A stretch of 63,745 bases of DNA, filler included, from Bigelowiella natans CCMP2755 (GCA_000320545.1; 4 parts of 4 records of this genome joined end to end with filler, not necessarily neighbours in it), one strand, 5' to 3'. Counted from the whole stretch's first letter, positions 39,008-53,950 are shown. Notes: generated by a model not told the origin, from the sequence alone. Made by a program: numbers and translations.

Positions 39008-41341
39008 TACTGCAAGAAATCGTTGTAACAACATGCATCATCATCATAACAATGCTCTGCTGTTGTTGTTGCTGCTGCTGCTGCTGACAATGATGATGAG
39101 ACACAATAATACCTAATCCAGCCTTTGCAGAAGGTGTGAAACCCTGTGGGATCTTCTTCAAAATGCCTCTCTGTGACCTACATAGAAGCTGCTGGGTTCT
39201 TCTTATTCTTCTTATATCATCTAGTGTTGGGTGGGTGGTGCCTAATATCGATGATCTATCTACCACACACATCACATACTTTATATACTATTATGACCAT
39301 GCTACTACTGCTACTACTACCCATTGAATGGCGGCCTTCCGAAAAGAAGAACGTACGTTATTACTCCTATGAGAGAACAAACACAGCAACAACAACAACA
39401 ACAACAAATGTAGCACTATATTCCTCATAATTTATCATCGCTGACTTCTAGTTGTATGCGCTCCTCGAGTAGTATCGACAGTATCATCATCATCATCATC
39501 ATCATCATCACCATCATCATCATCTGAAGCAGCACCAGATATAATAATAACAATAATACCCATACTCCACATATCACAAGCACTTGTGTAATTTCTCTTT
39601 AACACCTCAGGAGCAATGTAGTAGCTACAACAACAAAGATACCATTGACCAACAAATGATACAATCTTTGATTTAGAATGATAATGAAGAAAACTATGAC
39701 ATGACAACATGCACCACCAGCATCATTTTAAACAGCTCAGTAATTTTAACGACGGACGATAACTATATGTAAATTCGTGATCACCCTCGAAAAATATGAA
39801 GACAGCAGAGAAAAGTGAATGACTTAGCAACATTTAAAAAAATAAAACAATGGTACACTGTGCCGCAAAAGCGTGTCATGAACTTCACTGGGTTGATCCA
39901 CTTAGACGCTCCAAAATCTTTATTTGTGTGGGTATTGTTACTTTGTGTGGGTATTGTGTCATCATCATCATCAACGATTGTCTCTCTCATCACCATCATC
40001 ATCAGTAAGGTATAAATAGTATTGTTGCTTTTTGAAACGAACCTACCTATTATCTTGATAGGAGACTCATCGTCATCATCTTTGAACATAAAATTGTCCG
40101 GTTTCAAGTCACAGTGAGCTACTTTGAGATCGTCATGGAGATACCGTAACCCCTCAAACAATTGTCTGCATTAGAGAGGGGAACAATGCATTATGATTAT
40201 CATCATCATTATCATCACCATCGTCATAATTGACTATATCGGTAAATATGATATCAAGATGTGCTTGTGTTTTGCTTATCCATTCAACTGATACACCCCA
40301 CCTACATACCACTCGAATGAATGATGATGTTAAATTTGAATAATGCATGATGCATTGTTACCTAAGTATAGCGGCTGCATCTTTCTCAGAGAATCCCCCG
40401 GCTACACACACACACACACACACGCACATAAAATACAGCAGCGATAGATTACTCAAAGTGATTCAATAATACCAAACGCAATAGTTTTGGCTGTGATATT
40501 ATTGGGAATGTACATCTTTTGAAGACATATTGGATATGATCGAAGAGCTCTCCTCCCGTACAGGGCTCCATGGCGATGTATACATTCTAGGGGAAACATG
40601 AAATTATGTTATAGGAAATCTGCCAGTGTGGATCGATCGCAAGAAATCTCCGTTATCATAAATTTGATCATGATTTGGCGGTGGTGGTGGTGGTGGTGCT
40701 GTGCTCTTATTTCCCCCTGTCGCATAGACCACCTTGTACTATTGATTCTTCATTGATATTTTACAGCATGCGTACCTATATCACTACCTCAGAGTCTTCC
40801 CAAGCATCCAAAAAATCAATTACGTTCTTGTGATTCACCTTCAATCAAGGGAAAAAAAATCTTAATTTTTGGATCCAGCTGAGGGGTGTTATTTTGCATT
40901 GATGGGTAAATGTGTCACGTAGTGCTAGCAACAGCAACACAATATAGCAGTATACATGTCCTGTAGTAGTACTAAGGAATTTCATTATCTCATTTATTGA
41001 AACGCGATTGTAGTTCCACCTACCTTACTCAGGATTGATATCTCGTTGTTTAGGTTTGCAACAACAGACTCCCACTTTGACTTTTGGCACAGTGCTGCCT
41101 TTCGAATAACCTTAGGTGACAATGATAAATAGCAAGAAAGCGCTCAGTGGCCACTTCCTTAGTAGTAATCTCTGAGATATTTTACTGCTCCTGCATTTAC
41201 CTTAACTGCACAATCCTTCTTATCGCTGTTTCGAACGGCCAAGCAAGCAAAACCTGTAGCTCCAGGCTGCCCTATTTTCTTTCCGAGCGTGTAATTTCCT
41301 TTAGCTTCTGTGTTGGGATTTTTCAGAACGTATCTAGGCAT
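35321..41341 (-). CDS. CDPK: Calcium-dependent protein kinase (kinase domain + 4 EF-hands)
   Basis: Exons give GQPGATG, CAVK, GGELFDHI, HCDLKPDN, DFG, YYIAPEV, DMWSMG, GRPPF, RMTAEEALQHPW, then EF-hands DTDGSNK, DVDGNQEID, DKNNNGKL, DKDGNLELDFSEF. ATG 41341, stop 35321-35323. Confidence 0.92.
37109..37187. repeat. ~42-bp tandem duplication in a CDPK intron
   Basis: ACATGCATCTATAAACATATCGTGATCTT core present twice with period 42. Confidence 0.85.
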
Positions 41342-43128
41342 GATGCGTGGGAAGAGGAGGGGGGGAGGTCCTCTTGGTTGTTGTATTTCCTGTTTTAGTG
41401 GATGATTTCTCCGTACTACTACTTAACAGAGTTACGTTGTTAGCATCAAGATGCTTGTCGTCCTTGCTGTGCATCCCCTCATCATGCGTAGGATCATGTC
41501 CTGCTGCAAGAGAAACTCCTAGTCGCAGGTAAGATGTCAGACCATTTCAAATGCAATTTGTCATAAATTTTCCCAAAAGTTGGTACTGATTCTTAAGTGA
41601 TATCCCCAAGACGCAGGAATGAAATGGCATGCAAACCCATGGAACCAGCCAGGTGCCAGCGACAAATTAGATGATTCAACGCTCTTGTTCGATGTGCCTC
41701 AACGATCATCCGCACACAGATCGTCGTGTAGATGTTGCGTTTAGGAAGTTCCTACTCAGAGCAGATGCCTTGCGCCATCGCCACATTGCTGCTAGTTGCA
41801 TTGTCTCACAATGGCACACAGCTTGATTGTTCCAATTTGAAAAACCTGCTAGTTCACTGGTCACAGTCCTCACTGAAGCTAGTTCGAGGCACTGCGTTTC
41901 GCACACTGCAAATGTCTTGTGACGTTTTGGAAATGTAGTTCATCATCATTGTTCATTGTTCATTGTTCCGCTTCACTTTCCAAGAAAAACCTGAAAACAA
42001 CACTTTCTTGCTCTGAAGGTCATCTGTCCAAGAGCTCTTAGCCGGCGGGTGGGAACCCTCAATTTTCCTTGCATGGCAAGCTGATCGGAGATGGCCAAGT
42101 GCTAGAAAAACGTGACAAAGTGGTGTGTGCACGCTGGCTTGGCACACTCCGTCCAACGGCATCCTTCAGATCCCCTCTTGGAATCAATTCACGCGTTCGT
42201 TCGTTCACACGCTAGCACGCCGTTCATTCACACGATCGTTCTTCCTTCAACCGCCTCCTTTGGTCGATCATTTTCATCATTGGCACACTCTAGCACTTGC
42301 TGAGGGCTGGAAGGGGGCTGGGGGGCTTGCTAGCTTGCCAGCTTGCGTCGTGGGTGACTGGTGAGTCTGCAGGTCTGGAGGTCTACATGATGATCCTTTG
42401 AGGGACATCCTGTTCCACCAACGAAGTCTCTTCATTCATTCATTCCCTCACTCGTTCTTTCAGCTGCGCGTCAGCGCATGTGCGCACCTTGACTGGAACG
42501 TCGAATTGACCAGTTGAGTGAACACGACCAGACGAGTCAATCAATGTCAATCTAGCAATCTAGCAATGCATGCGTTCAACTCCAGAACTGCACCATTCTA
42601 GCATTGGAATCCCTTCGCTCATTCACACATTCATTCATTGCCATCACCTTGCGTGAGCTGCACACCTCCTGAGCCTGGCACTTCGTTCATTTACTGGTTC
42701 ACGCCGCACTGCTAGACTGGCGCAGCGCATTGTGCGCTAGCTAGCTAGGCTGATAGACAAAAGAAGTTTGCGCTGACTAGCTGATTGTCACAATCGGAAC
42801 ATTGGATCGTGCAACAAGAAGCAACCTCAAAACCCACGTAGCACAAGTGCGCATGTACTTAACTCATATCCTGGCAGCACAATGCAACATGATTTTATAG
42901 ATTTTTGTTATGATTTGACTGTTTCTGGGCAAGGTAGCTCTATGAATACCATCTACTATCTGATAGCAATAATTTTGGCACCTGCTAGCCTGTGTGCGTA
43001 GTGATTACATCTTTCCTTGCACATTTGAGGTATCTAATCGTCACTGTCTTCTAGCATCCCAAGTGCGGCATCTATCATGTCCACAGTGACCTGTTATGAC
43101 ATGGAAATCAATTGGCCTTGTCAGTCAA

Positions 43129-44321
43129 TTATTTTATCAAACTTATAATCGAGTTGGTCGTCATTATAACTATCAACATTTCTTCTTCATTATTACTCGT
43201 TATACCGTTAGTTTCTACTACCTCCGGAGAATCTGGAGATTCCGGTTTCTGATGCATGTAGTAGCAAATAATGAGGTGATGCCATACCTCACACATTTCT
43301 AGCCATAAACTAGTACCAAAAACCGTGGACAATAACTACAGAACACTCAAAATAATAATGATTCGATCAATACTTTTTCAGGTCAGATTTGTTTTGGACA
43401 TAACATAGTAGTGGTAGTAGTAGTAGTACCATTGGAATCACATCCCCTGCTAGTCCATCATTCCTTGCTTGAGCTACAACTCTTTCTGCTTCTTCAGACC
43501 ATTCATTCCTTGCTTGAGCTACAACTCTTTCTGCTTCTTCAGACTGTAGACCTGACCCCCCTCTCACCCCGCTGCTGCTGCTGCCGTAGGAGGTGGGGAT
43601 CTGAAGAAGAGACTTATTGTTGACATGCTTCACACCAACCCCCCCCTTATTATCAAAGGAATCATCTCGCTGCTGTCGTCGAGTGAAGTGCTGTTTTTCT
43701 GGAGCATGAGAGTATTTATTGGCACTACTACTGCTGCTACTACTACTACCACGCTTATCTGCTACTTTACCATTAATGTCGCCATCATGTTTTTCATTCT
43801 TAGCACCCCCTTTATCACTCCCCCCCCCCCCCTTTTCTGAAATAAGAAACTTTTCCAAGCGTGCCCGTTCTTCCGTAAGGGATTGTTTAGCCTAATCGAA
43901 AGACGATATTTGATTCACATATTCTTCTTGTTCCTTTTCTTCTTCTTAGAACAGAACAAAATGACGAGGAGGGCACAGCTCGATGATTCAACCAAACGAA
44001 ATCAAGCAGACCACCCCCAATCGTGCATATGCATGCAGTAGCTGAAAGATGGCATGTTATCATACACATGCATGTAGTAGTAGTAGTAGTAGTAGTAGTA
44101 GTACCTCAAAGAGTTGTTCACGGCGAAGGGCCTCTTTCTTACCTTTCTCAGCATCCAATCGTGCTTGTAGATCCTGCAGCCGTGGTATACTACTACTTTT
44201 GTCTCCATCCATTATCTCACCACCACCCTGCTAATAGTAGTAGCAGTAGCAGTAAGTCAAGATTTGATTCATTAATCTCTTCCCCCACCTTCTTGTTTTG
44301 TATTTATATTAGCAATTTGTG

Positions 44322-44364
<43 letters not shown>

Positions 44365-44469
44365 GGAGAGAGGTTAACTAAGAGTTCCAAGAAAGAGAGA
44401 AAAGATGAAGTGATAAAGCTGCTGCTGCAGCCTGATGTTGTCCCGTCGTTGTCATCGTAGCGACTATGG

Positions 44470-44503
<34 letters not shown>

Positions 44504-44629
44504 TGTGCCTACCTGTTGTTCTTCTTCTCCATCGTGTGTTGCAATTGATTGGACTACTTTCGCTAATATTTCTGTCCCCCCTTCTTGCTTTTTGTTCTCG
44601 TCTCTATTCTCTTCAACTTGGGTACCACC

Positions 44630-44662
<33 letters not shown>

Positions 44663-45218
44663 GTCATTGGCACATATAATGCTGCTTCTTCTGCTGCTGT
44701 TAGCACTTGCAGTGACATGTTCTTCACTTTCTAAAAATGACGACTCAGGGCGCCGTATAGGAGGAGAATTTGGAGTTTTAATTTCCGCTATTATTACTGC
44801 TGCTGCTGCTGCTGCTGCTGCATCAATCTCAATCCCATCCCCCTTTTGCAAAATGATGTCGTTGTCGTAATCATTATCATGATCTTGTTGTCGTTCTTGT
44901 GAGTCTTGTTTCTGAACACCATTTAAGCTGCCCCCCCTCCTTCCCGGCTGTATTACAGCAGCTGCTGTAGCCATCATCACCTTGCTGTCATCTGCCATGC
45001 GAAAGTCATCGTCGGCTAATATTCCTTCCTCTTCCTCTCCATCTTCTTTTTCTTCTTCCTCCTCCTCCTCCTCCTCCTCCTCCTCCTCCTCCTCTTTATT
45101 CCGCTGTGTTGTTGTTGTTGTTGGATCCACATTCGTCGTCGTCGTCTTCTTCTCCCCTTCCGTATCATCCCTCGTCGTCGTTATTATCATCATGGAAGAA
45201 CTGCTACTACCTTACTAC
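43129..45218 (-). CDS. Hypothetical acidic, low-complexity, coiled-coil protein; 5' truncated at linker, 3' boundary uncertain
   Basis: Long open exon (ORF 44378-45193). In-frame splice join LQDLQARLDAEK|AKQSLTEERARLEKFL. In-frame 15-aa duplication SEEAERVVAQARN. No recognisable domain. Confidence 0.45.
43458..43544. repeat. 45-bp frame-preserving tandem duplication within the hypothetical CDS
   Basis: TCATTCCTTGCTTGAGCTACAACTCTTTCTGCTTCTTCAGAC twice, period 45. Confidence 0.9.
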
Positions 45219-45318
45219 NNNNNNNNNNNNNNNNNNNNNNNNNNNNNNNNNNNNNNNNNNNNTTAATTAATTAANNNNNNNNNNNNNNNNNNNNNNNNNN
45301 NNNNNNNNNNNNNNNNNN
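45219..45318. other. Artificial contig linker
   Basis: 44 N + TTAATTAATTAA + 44 N. Confidence 0.97.
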
Positions 45319-45418
45319 CACTCTGTGTGTGTGTGCGTGTGTGTGTGTGTGTGTGCGTGTGCGTGCGTACATACGCACGATACGCACGCGCACACACACA
45401 CACACACACGCACGCTCT

Positions 45419-45453
<35 letters not shown>

Positions 45454-45530
45454 CCTATCTATCTATCTATCTCGCACTCGCGCTCGCACCCCACTGTCTG
45501 CGTAATTGTCTATATATATAGCTATATAGA

Positions 45531-45598
<68 letters not shown>

Positions 45599-45625
45599 AA
45601 GGTATAAAGAGCCCAGTGAGTCTAC

Positions 45626-45936
45626 CTATCGAGATGACGGCCAGCATAGAGACGATGACATTCGACGTTGAGAGCATCAGCATGAGAAATGCCTACATAT
45701 AGAAGAGGTGTGAGCGTCTGTGTATTCTTGTACGACGTGCATCTGTTGTGCGTGTATTCGTGCATGCCATACCACCCCACTACATTCCTTCGTACGTACA
45801 CACACGCACACACACACACACACACACATTCTACCATCGGAAAGCAGATGATCATCCCCATGTAGAAACCGCGAACAAGACCTCGTTCCGTCTGTGAGAA
45901 AACGCGTAAACCACTCACGCAGATGCACACACGCAC

Positions 45937-45975
<39 letters not shown>

Positions 45976-47121
45976 TACACACGGAGAGAGAGGGGGATAC
46001 ACGCGTACCACACACGTATGTGTTCGTGTGTGTGTGTTTGTGTGTGTGTGCGTTTGCATATTTGATATTTGTGTGTAGCTAACCTCAAACCAGACAAACG
46101 TGCCCGCGCTCCCAAACGCATTTTCCATCCCTGCAGCGTAGTATACACACCCAAACATAATGCCAGATCAATACATGCTTTTCCTCTGTATATCATATAA
46201 TATGTTTTACGATAATAATATAATGAAATAACATATGCGTCTTGTGAGAACGCGGAAGGAGCCACGTCCTAGCACCACATGATACTCATTGCTCAGCCTG
46301 CCGTCGTCATCTCCTCATGGTTTGATTCAAGCATTTACCCGGCGGATTCCCACGGTTGATTTCGTTGACGAGATCGTCCACAACCTCTCGGACCTTCCCC
46401 TGCAAAATCATCATCATGATAGTCTTATTAAAAGGAGGATCTCTTATCGATGCATTCAGCATAGATTGATGTTCTATGTGCTATCCCTCTCCCTGCCCCC
46501 CCTCTCCCCCTTCCCCCCTCTCGCTCACGTTACTACAGATGGCAATCTATCAAAACGCCGTATTTCTGTCCTTCTCATAATCACAAAATCCTCTCTGCTA
46601 CCTTTTCAGCGGTGGCAACATCGTCGTGCATAGTCGTGGTGAATTGAATCGCAGCATACTTCAAGTCTCCGTCGATAAATCCTATCAGCTGTGATGGATT
46701 ATGGAGGATGATCTTATTTTCTCTATTTTTCTCTTTCTCTCCCCCCCCCCCCCCTCTTTCTCTCTCTCTCTGACACTAAATTACAATATTACAGTATGAA
46801 TGTCCGCAGATAACGAGAGTGAGGGAATATATGAGAGGATCTATTTCTTCTTCTATGCATTTGAGACGAGTTATTACTACCTTCTTCTTCACAGGGACAG
46901 TGTATAGCTGCGATGTGGAGGTCTGTCGATACACCTTCGAAGAGAGCAGCCTTAGTATATTAAATAATGTACGTGATTATAATTGTGTGTGTGTGTGTGT
47001 GTTGTTATCGCGTGTCATATTGTATCAGTCGCCGACGAACCTTGAGTTCAGAGTAAAACGTGTCTCTCGTACAATTGACGGTAGAATATCCAGGGTTCCG
47101 AGTTGCGAACCACGCCTTCGT

Positions 47122-47162
<41 letters not shown>

Positions 47163-47316
47163 TTATATCCGTAGGCTCGTCACATTAAAACTAGCTTCAG
47201 CAACGTGTGTTTTCGCAACACGACAATTCGAGCTTAGTGATATTTGGCTACCTGGAAATCGGGCAGAAAGCACAGAAGAGCCTCGTTCGTTGGCCTGTGA
47301 ACGTGTTCAAATGTCA

Positions 47317-47354
<38 letters not shown>

Positions 47355-47629
47355 CACACACACACGCACACGAACACAAACATCATCCACATACTTCCAT
47401 ATCGAGGTATTTGGTGTGTTTTTTTTTTCGGCTACATCTGCGCGCTATCATATCGTTGCGGTAGCTAAGGTGGTTATAAAAAAAGACGATTTACCATACG
47501 AGAGTGTCCCTTTCACAGCCGTTTCTATCGCATTGTTTCCTGTTTTGCGCGCACATGCATATGTTGTGTGTGTGTGTATGTGGTGAGTACGTGTGCACAA
47601 TTGTGACCTATGTTTAAGCGATATGTGTC

Positions 47630-47669
<40 letters not shown>

Positions 47670-48079
47670 TGTGTGTGTGTGTGTGTGCTTATGCACATAT
47701 GGCACTACGTTGATATCAGCGAGCAAGCACGTGCAAAGGCCTGCTGCGACTCTTCCAGATAGAGATCAAAAGCGGCTAACCAGCAACAGCAATCCAGGTA
47801 TTGATTAATACACACACAACACACCATGAAAAGTCATAAAGAGTGTGAATAACACACAACATAGAAAGCAGTACGTAGCAGGGAATAAGAAACACCACGT
47901 GGTAGTACCGTCAAAGACAGGGTGGCCTCGATTATCGTCGGGCTTGTACTTATTGAATCCGGGGCGGTCAATCCCTGATATACCAAACGGCATGCCGATT
48001 TTCACGTACTCCTCTAAGGAACCGACCTGTCGAGTAAACAAATCAAATAAACAAATGCTACTCACATTGTGCGCGCGCT

Positions 48080-48120
<41 letters not shown>

Positions 48121-48134
48121 ATATATATAATTAT

Positions 48135-48166
<32 letters not shown>

Positions 48167-49111
48167 TCTGAATGCGGCAAGGAATGATACCATGTATTTA
48201 TTGTTGAGGTCCTCCTGGATGGTGGTGAACATGTGATTCGTCGGAAACCTACGGATGCGTCGTACATGTGTGCTTGAGGTGCAACAGCAGTGTGTACACG
48301 TAGAACTAATTTGCTGACGGCTCTGTGTTGATGTGATATAGTAGTCTCCGCACCACTGCTCTTCCTCAAGCGGCGAGGACAGCTTCGTTGCATAGACCAT
48401 CGATGTCACACCTAAAGAGTTTGGTTCGCAGTGTCAATCTTGTGTTATGGGGCGGGGGGGGGGGGGGTCAATACACAGTGTGTGCGTACGTGCGCGCAAT
48501 GTACTTACCGTAGACAAGGAACACCACGAGCATCACCAGTGGAAGCACAAAGATGCTGTTTCAGTTTACATGAGGAAAGGAGCATATGGCGTTAGCGCGG
48601 CGAACATATTGATGAAAATAGAAACACTGATGAGCGTGGGGACGGGGGGGGGGGGCTTTGTGCGTGCGTTTATTCCTTTCCAAAAAACGAGACGAGGCTT
48701 CTCGATGTGAAAATGTGCAATACAATGTAATGTGAGTTATTATGTAAAGTGATAAGATATGCAGTTACCCTCTACATTTCCACTTCATCGCAGGAATGTA
48801 ACGTTTGTGGAAGAAGGCCTCGATGGCCGTGGTAGGTTTCTGGTTCGCCAAATAAGCGTTTATGACAGTGCGCAAAATTCACACATACGAATTTGTAGAT
48901 TAATTAATAGATATGCGGATGCACGTGAGTGTGCACGTGTATGGTATATTCATAGCACCTCCTGCTCCTCTGAGATCACAAAGGCGAGAGTCGCTTTCCG
49001 AGTGAGCTTCTGTGCTCACACGCAAAAAACAGAAAACAGCACCGAGACAGCAGCCTCATACAGGGTTTCCTTTGCATATGTTGGGCTGGTTGCGACCCAC
49101 ACAGCACACAC

Positions 49112-49203
<92 letters not shown>

Positions 49204-50399
49204 TATGTTATGTATATTGTGTGTATGTTGATATTGGGGGAGATTTGCTTTGTTCATATTTTTACTCCTACTACTACTACTACTACTACCTTTGCTGGAG
49301 AAGAAATGCGGCTAGAGGCCCCAGCGGCTGAGAATTGGCTAGGGGGAAGAATAAGGGACACATGTCGGTTATGTAGAAATCCACATAGTGCTCTGCTGCT
49401 CATTCCCTCCTCACAACCCACCCCCCCCCCAACCCCCTTTCCTATCAGCAGCACCCCCACAGCTGCTCTCTCATAGCTGACATTCTCTCTCTTCCATGCA
49501 TGATAGCCATCCTCAGGATCGTGATCTGTTCTTATCCTGCTACTGCTGTTGCTATACATTACACGTCGTCATCGTCATCATCGTCATTATCATCATCATC
49601 ATCATCATCATCATTCTCATTATCATTATTATCGCGACTCACACAGCAGCCTGCGACCCGAGCGAAGATGCGTTCTGAGAAGGCCAGTTTACATAGAGGG
49701 CACGCACACACGCATACATACACAGAGAGAGAAGTAGAGTGAGTGAGAGTGAAAGATAGAGAGAGAGGGGGGGGGTTGATGTCAATGTTATTTTTAGAAA
49801 ATGCATTGTATATATTTTATATATTATGCCACCCACCTTGCTGTGCACGACATCTTTCGAATTACCACCCATGACTACGGACGAAGCTATACATAGTAAT
49901 TAGTAATGAATCGAGAACACAAAGAGAGAGAAAGAGAGAAAGCGAGGGAGAGTGAGAGAGTGGGAAAGAGAGAGAGAATCAGAGAGAGAGAGAGAGAGAA
50001 TCAGGGGACACACTCTCTCACTCTCTCACTGCCTACTGTGGACAAAATAAATGTGCTCTGTGCGCACACGTGATATGATTGTCCTTTGTACGAAACCGCC
50101 AGTGTACCTAGATGAGGGGGAGCTCCCTTGGACTCGGTTCCGACTCCGACTGCTACATATGATAAAAATACCAACCGATATACTAATGATTTGCTGCCAT
50201 TCTTGTCGACGCATTTTTTATTCCTCTTTTCCTCTGCTCCCCCGCCCCCCCTCTGCCACAATGTCATTCCAATTTCTCAGTTTTCTCTGTAACCTGGACT
50301 GCTGGTCACGACTTCATGCATACCAGAGGGTTCGACGTTCTCTGAAGGTCGTATTTGGCAACACAACACAACGTACATGCAGCACAACACAAGCAATAA

Positions 50400-50454
<55 letters not shown>

Positions 50455-50482
50455 ATGAACGAGTATGTAAATTTGATTCTTA

Positions 50483-50522
<40 letters not shown>

Positions 50523-51128
50523 ATTATATCTGACCAGACGAGCTTCTCTTGCAGATGTTGCGAATGTATACGTGATACACAGCCACGGCAGCTGGTGTTA
50601 GCGTTATCACCATGAGGTAGTTCACCTGCCAATACATTCGTTCTTCTGTTTATGTGCGTCTGCGTCTGCGTGCACGTGAGCAGTCCCATTTCATAAACAT
50701 GGGAATCTCTTTCTCTCCCGCTCTCTCTATCTCTCACTTGCTCCTAGGGAGCTACAGAGCACTATTACCAAAATCGCCGTCGCCGCAAGGATGCCGAAGG
50801 TAGAGACCTGGCAATAAACATCATCGTTTCGAAGCACGCGCACGCGCAAAATAGCGAAGATGACGACAATTTTGGCAGGGAGCGAAAGGCAAAAACATGA
50901 AAGATCGCATTTCCCAATCTTATAGTAAAATCACACATACTCCTTGTTGTGCTGTGTGTGCGCGCGCCATGCATCAGTCAGTCATTCTTCGTGAGTCTCT
51001 AACCGGCATGATAGGGCTGATTGCCGTGGCAAAGAACGCAACCATTGTCGTGAAGGAGGTATCGAATACAGCCTGGGGCAGGAGAGAATTAATGCGTCCA
51101 TGCACTTAAACGACGAGCGTGTATGTGT

Positions 51129-51171
<43 letters not shown>

Positions 51172-51475
51172 CTGTGTGATATGAACAATGATAGTAGCAG
51201 TGGTACCTGCTTGGCTCTCGAATAGGCAATCTTCATCCTCTTCTCCAGGTATAGAGGCTGGGAAGGAGTACAGATGCGACAGCAAGAAGGTTGCTTATTT
51301 CATGGAACGGGTGTAAAACGATATATGCGGCGTTGCTTCAGCACAAACACACAAAACACACGTGCGTGTGCGTGTGCGTGTGCGTGTGCGTGTGCGTGTG
51401 CGTGTGCGTGTGCGTGTGCGTGTGCGTGTGCGTGTGCGTGTGCGTGTGCGTGTGCGTGTGCGTGTGCGTGTGCGC

Positions 51476-51515
<40 letters not shown>

Positions 51516-51947
51516 ATATATATTTATACACATAAATATTTTATGATAAATATGGTATGATGTTATCAAAAATGTGTGGATCTCCATGGGAGAGTGCTTC
51601 GCAGGTGAAAGGGGGGAATAACGCTCATTTCGTGGCCCCGAGGTGCGTGCGTATGTATGATGAGCTCGGGCCGACATGGGGAGCTCCATGAGACAGATAA
51701 AGATGGTTCGTATGCTCACTCACATTGCCAGGATAAATGCCCCTTGCCTGAACGATTCCCTCAGCCTGACGCCATCTGCAGCAGCAGCAGTAGTAGCAGC
51801 ACCAGCACCAGCAACAACAGTACCATCAAAAGACGCCGCATTGGCCAATGCATGTAGAACATGTGGTTGGGAGGTTGAGGGAGTTCTGCTTACCCATCAA
51901 CAAAGACAAATACATCATCGGCTCCGATACCTGGAGCGAAAAAGGGG

Positions 51948-51981
<34 letters not shown>

Positions 51982-52554
51982 ATTTGAAAGAGAATGAGAA
52001 GATGCGCGACCATTCATTCTACCATATATTTTCGGTGAGTGGCATGCATGACCACACGTTTACTGCTACTACTACCAAGCACGATGAAGATGGTGAGAGA
52101 GTGCAGCTCCGTGAAGTAGGGGATGACGTATATTTGACGGTAGATGAAGAACGATACCGGAAGGCTGAGAGACAGGTTCGTGTTATGGATGATGGTAATC
52201 ATGGCAGTTGCAAGCATCAACGCCAACACTTTTTTATTAGTTATGCCGGTAGATTAGAGGTGAGGAGACTGCTGAGGAGACTGCTAATGTGCAGCTTTAG
52301 TTACCACTCTTCTACTAAAAGCTTGTAGAAAGTTTATATATAAATAAATAAATATATATATTTATATATACTAAATCACCTCAGCACGATCTGTGTCATG
52401 CCCATGACTCCCAGAGATACCGATTCCAAATGATAGCTGAACCGTGAGTGTTATGATAGGATGTGCGTGATCAATCGGCAGCAGTTTCTTCACAAAACTA
52501 CCATATTTCGATCCCTTTTGTATACAGCATCATGGTAGGGAATGTACACACACA

Positions 52555-52586
<32 letters not shown>

Positions 52587-52773
52587 TTAAGCTGTACAGG
52601 GCGAACAGCATCGGAGGGCACGAGCTCGAAGTATCATCATCAGAAGTAAATTGTAAAGGGAAAACAAGCGAGCAAAATAAGTATAGTTACCACATCCAGC
52701 AGAATACGAAAAGCAGAGAAAACATCGCCAGTGTAAGATCCTGCGGAGGAGAGAAAAAGAGAGGGGGGGGAGG

Positions 52774-52812
<39 letters not shown>

Positions 52813-53909
52813 TAAAAATGGAAGGTTTGCCTATGTAGCCATAGTTCATGACATCCTAGCAATCAACTGTGCAGTAACGCTGAAGATATCATTAGCGACT
52901 ATGGCGGTTGTACATCTCCTTGCCGTTTGCAAAAATCAATCAATTGTTACCTCTGACACTATGTCCCCCATTTCAATGTTTCCCAGCGGTAACGAGAACC
53001 ATTTGAACTAGTTGCGATGACGATGCAAACACATCCACACACACACACGCACGCACGCACGCAGGCAGGCACCACACACGCACAACCACACATCATGACA
53101 GTTGATTTATTGTCCAGCTTTGCTCATTTTCAAACTCACACTCACACAAAGTGAAAAGGTGGTGAACATATGTGCACTCTGCGTTCTTTGTGTGCGTTGT
53201 GTGCGCGTATATTGCGAGTGCTGTGATTATGGCCAACCTGTGGAAACTTGTTTTGTGATTGTGCGCATGTATTTATACATGTGTAGATGTGTTTGTGTGG
53301 GGGGGTAACTGGGAGGTGTGAATGAATGAATGTAGAGAAACCTCGAGGTCTCCTTCGGTGATTTTGTTGCGGTAAGCGCTGTAGAGGTAGCGACTCTGAG
53401 TACATCGTATTTAAACGGATACGAATACGGTCATAACCAGGTGTGTATTGTCTTCATGGTGGAACGAATCGACTGTAAGGGTTATAAGGGACTAGCGGGC
53501 TACTTCCCGTGAGCGTGCGTGCTTGCGTGCGTGCGTGCTTCGGCTTCGACCCGCACCTTCATATTGAAACGACTAAACAGCCCGTCCTTCACTTTTTGAT
53601 AGAATTGGCGATATTTCTGTGTGAGAAAGGTAGGCAAGTGGAATAAGAAGGGGAAAGCTATGGCAAACCGTGAACATGTTGATTCAAAATGAAAGATTCT
53701 ACTAAGTCGCCAAACCCCCCCCCCCCCCCCCCCTCACACACACACACACACACGCACATACTCACTCACACAACACACCAAATTGTTATGTAGTGGACAT
53801 GCATGACTGTGCGTGCGCACGCAAACGCACGCGCGCGTGCATGTCTCAGTCTATATGGGGGGAGTTGTCTACACCCCTCTTCCATTTACCACACCCACGT
53901 CTATGATTA

Positions 53910-53950
<41 letters not shown>

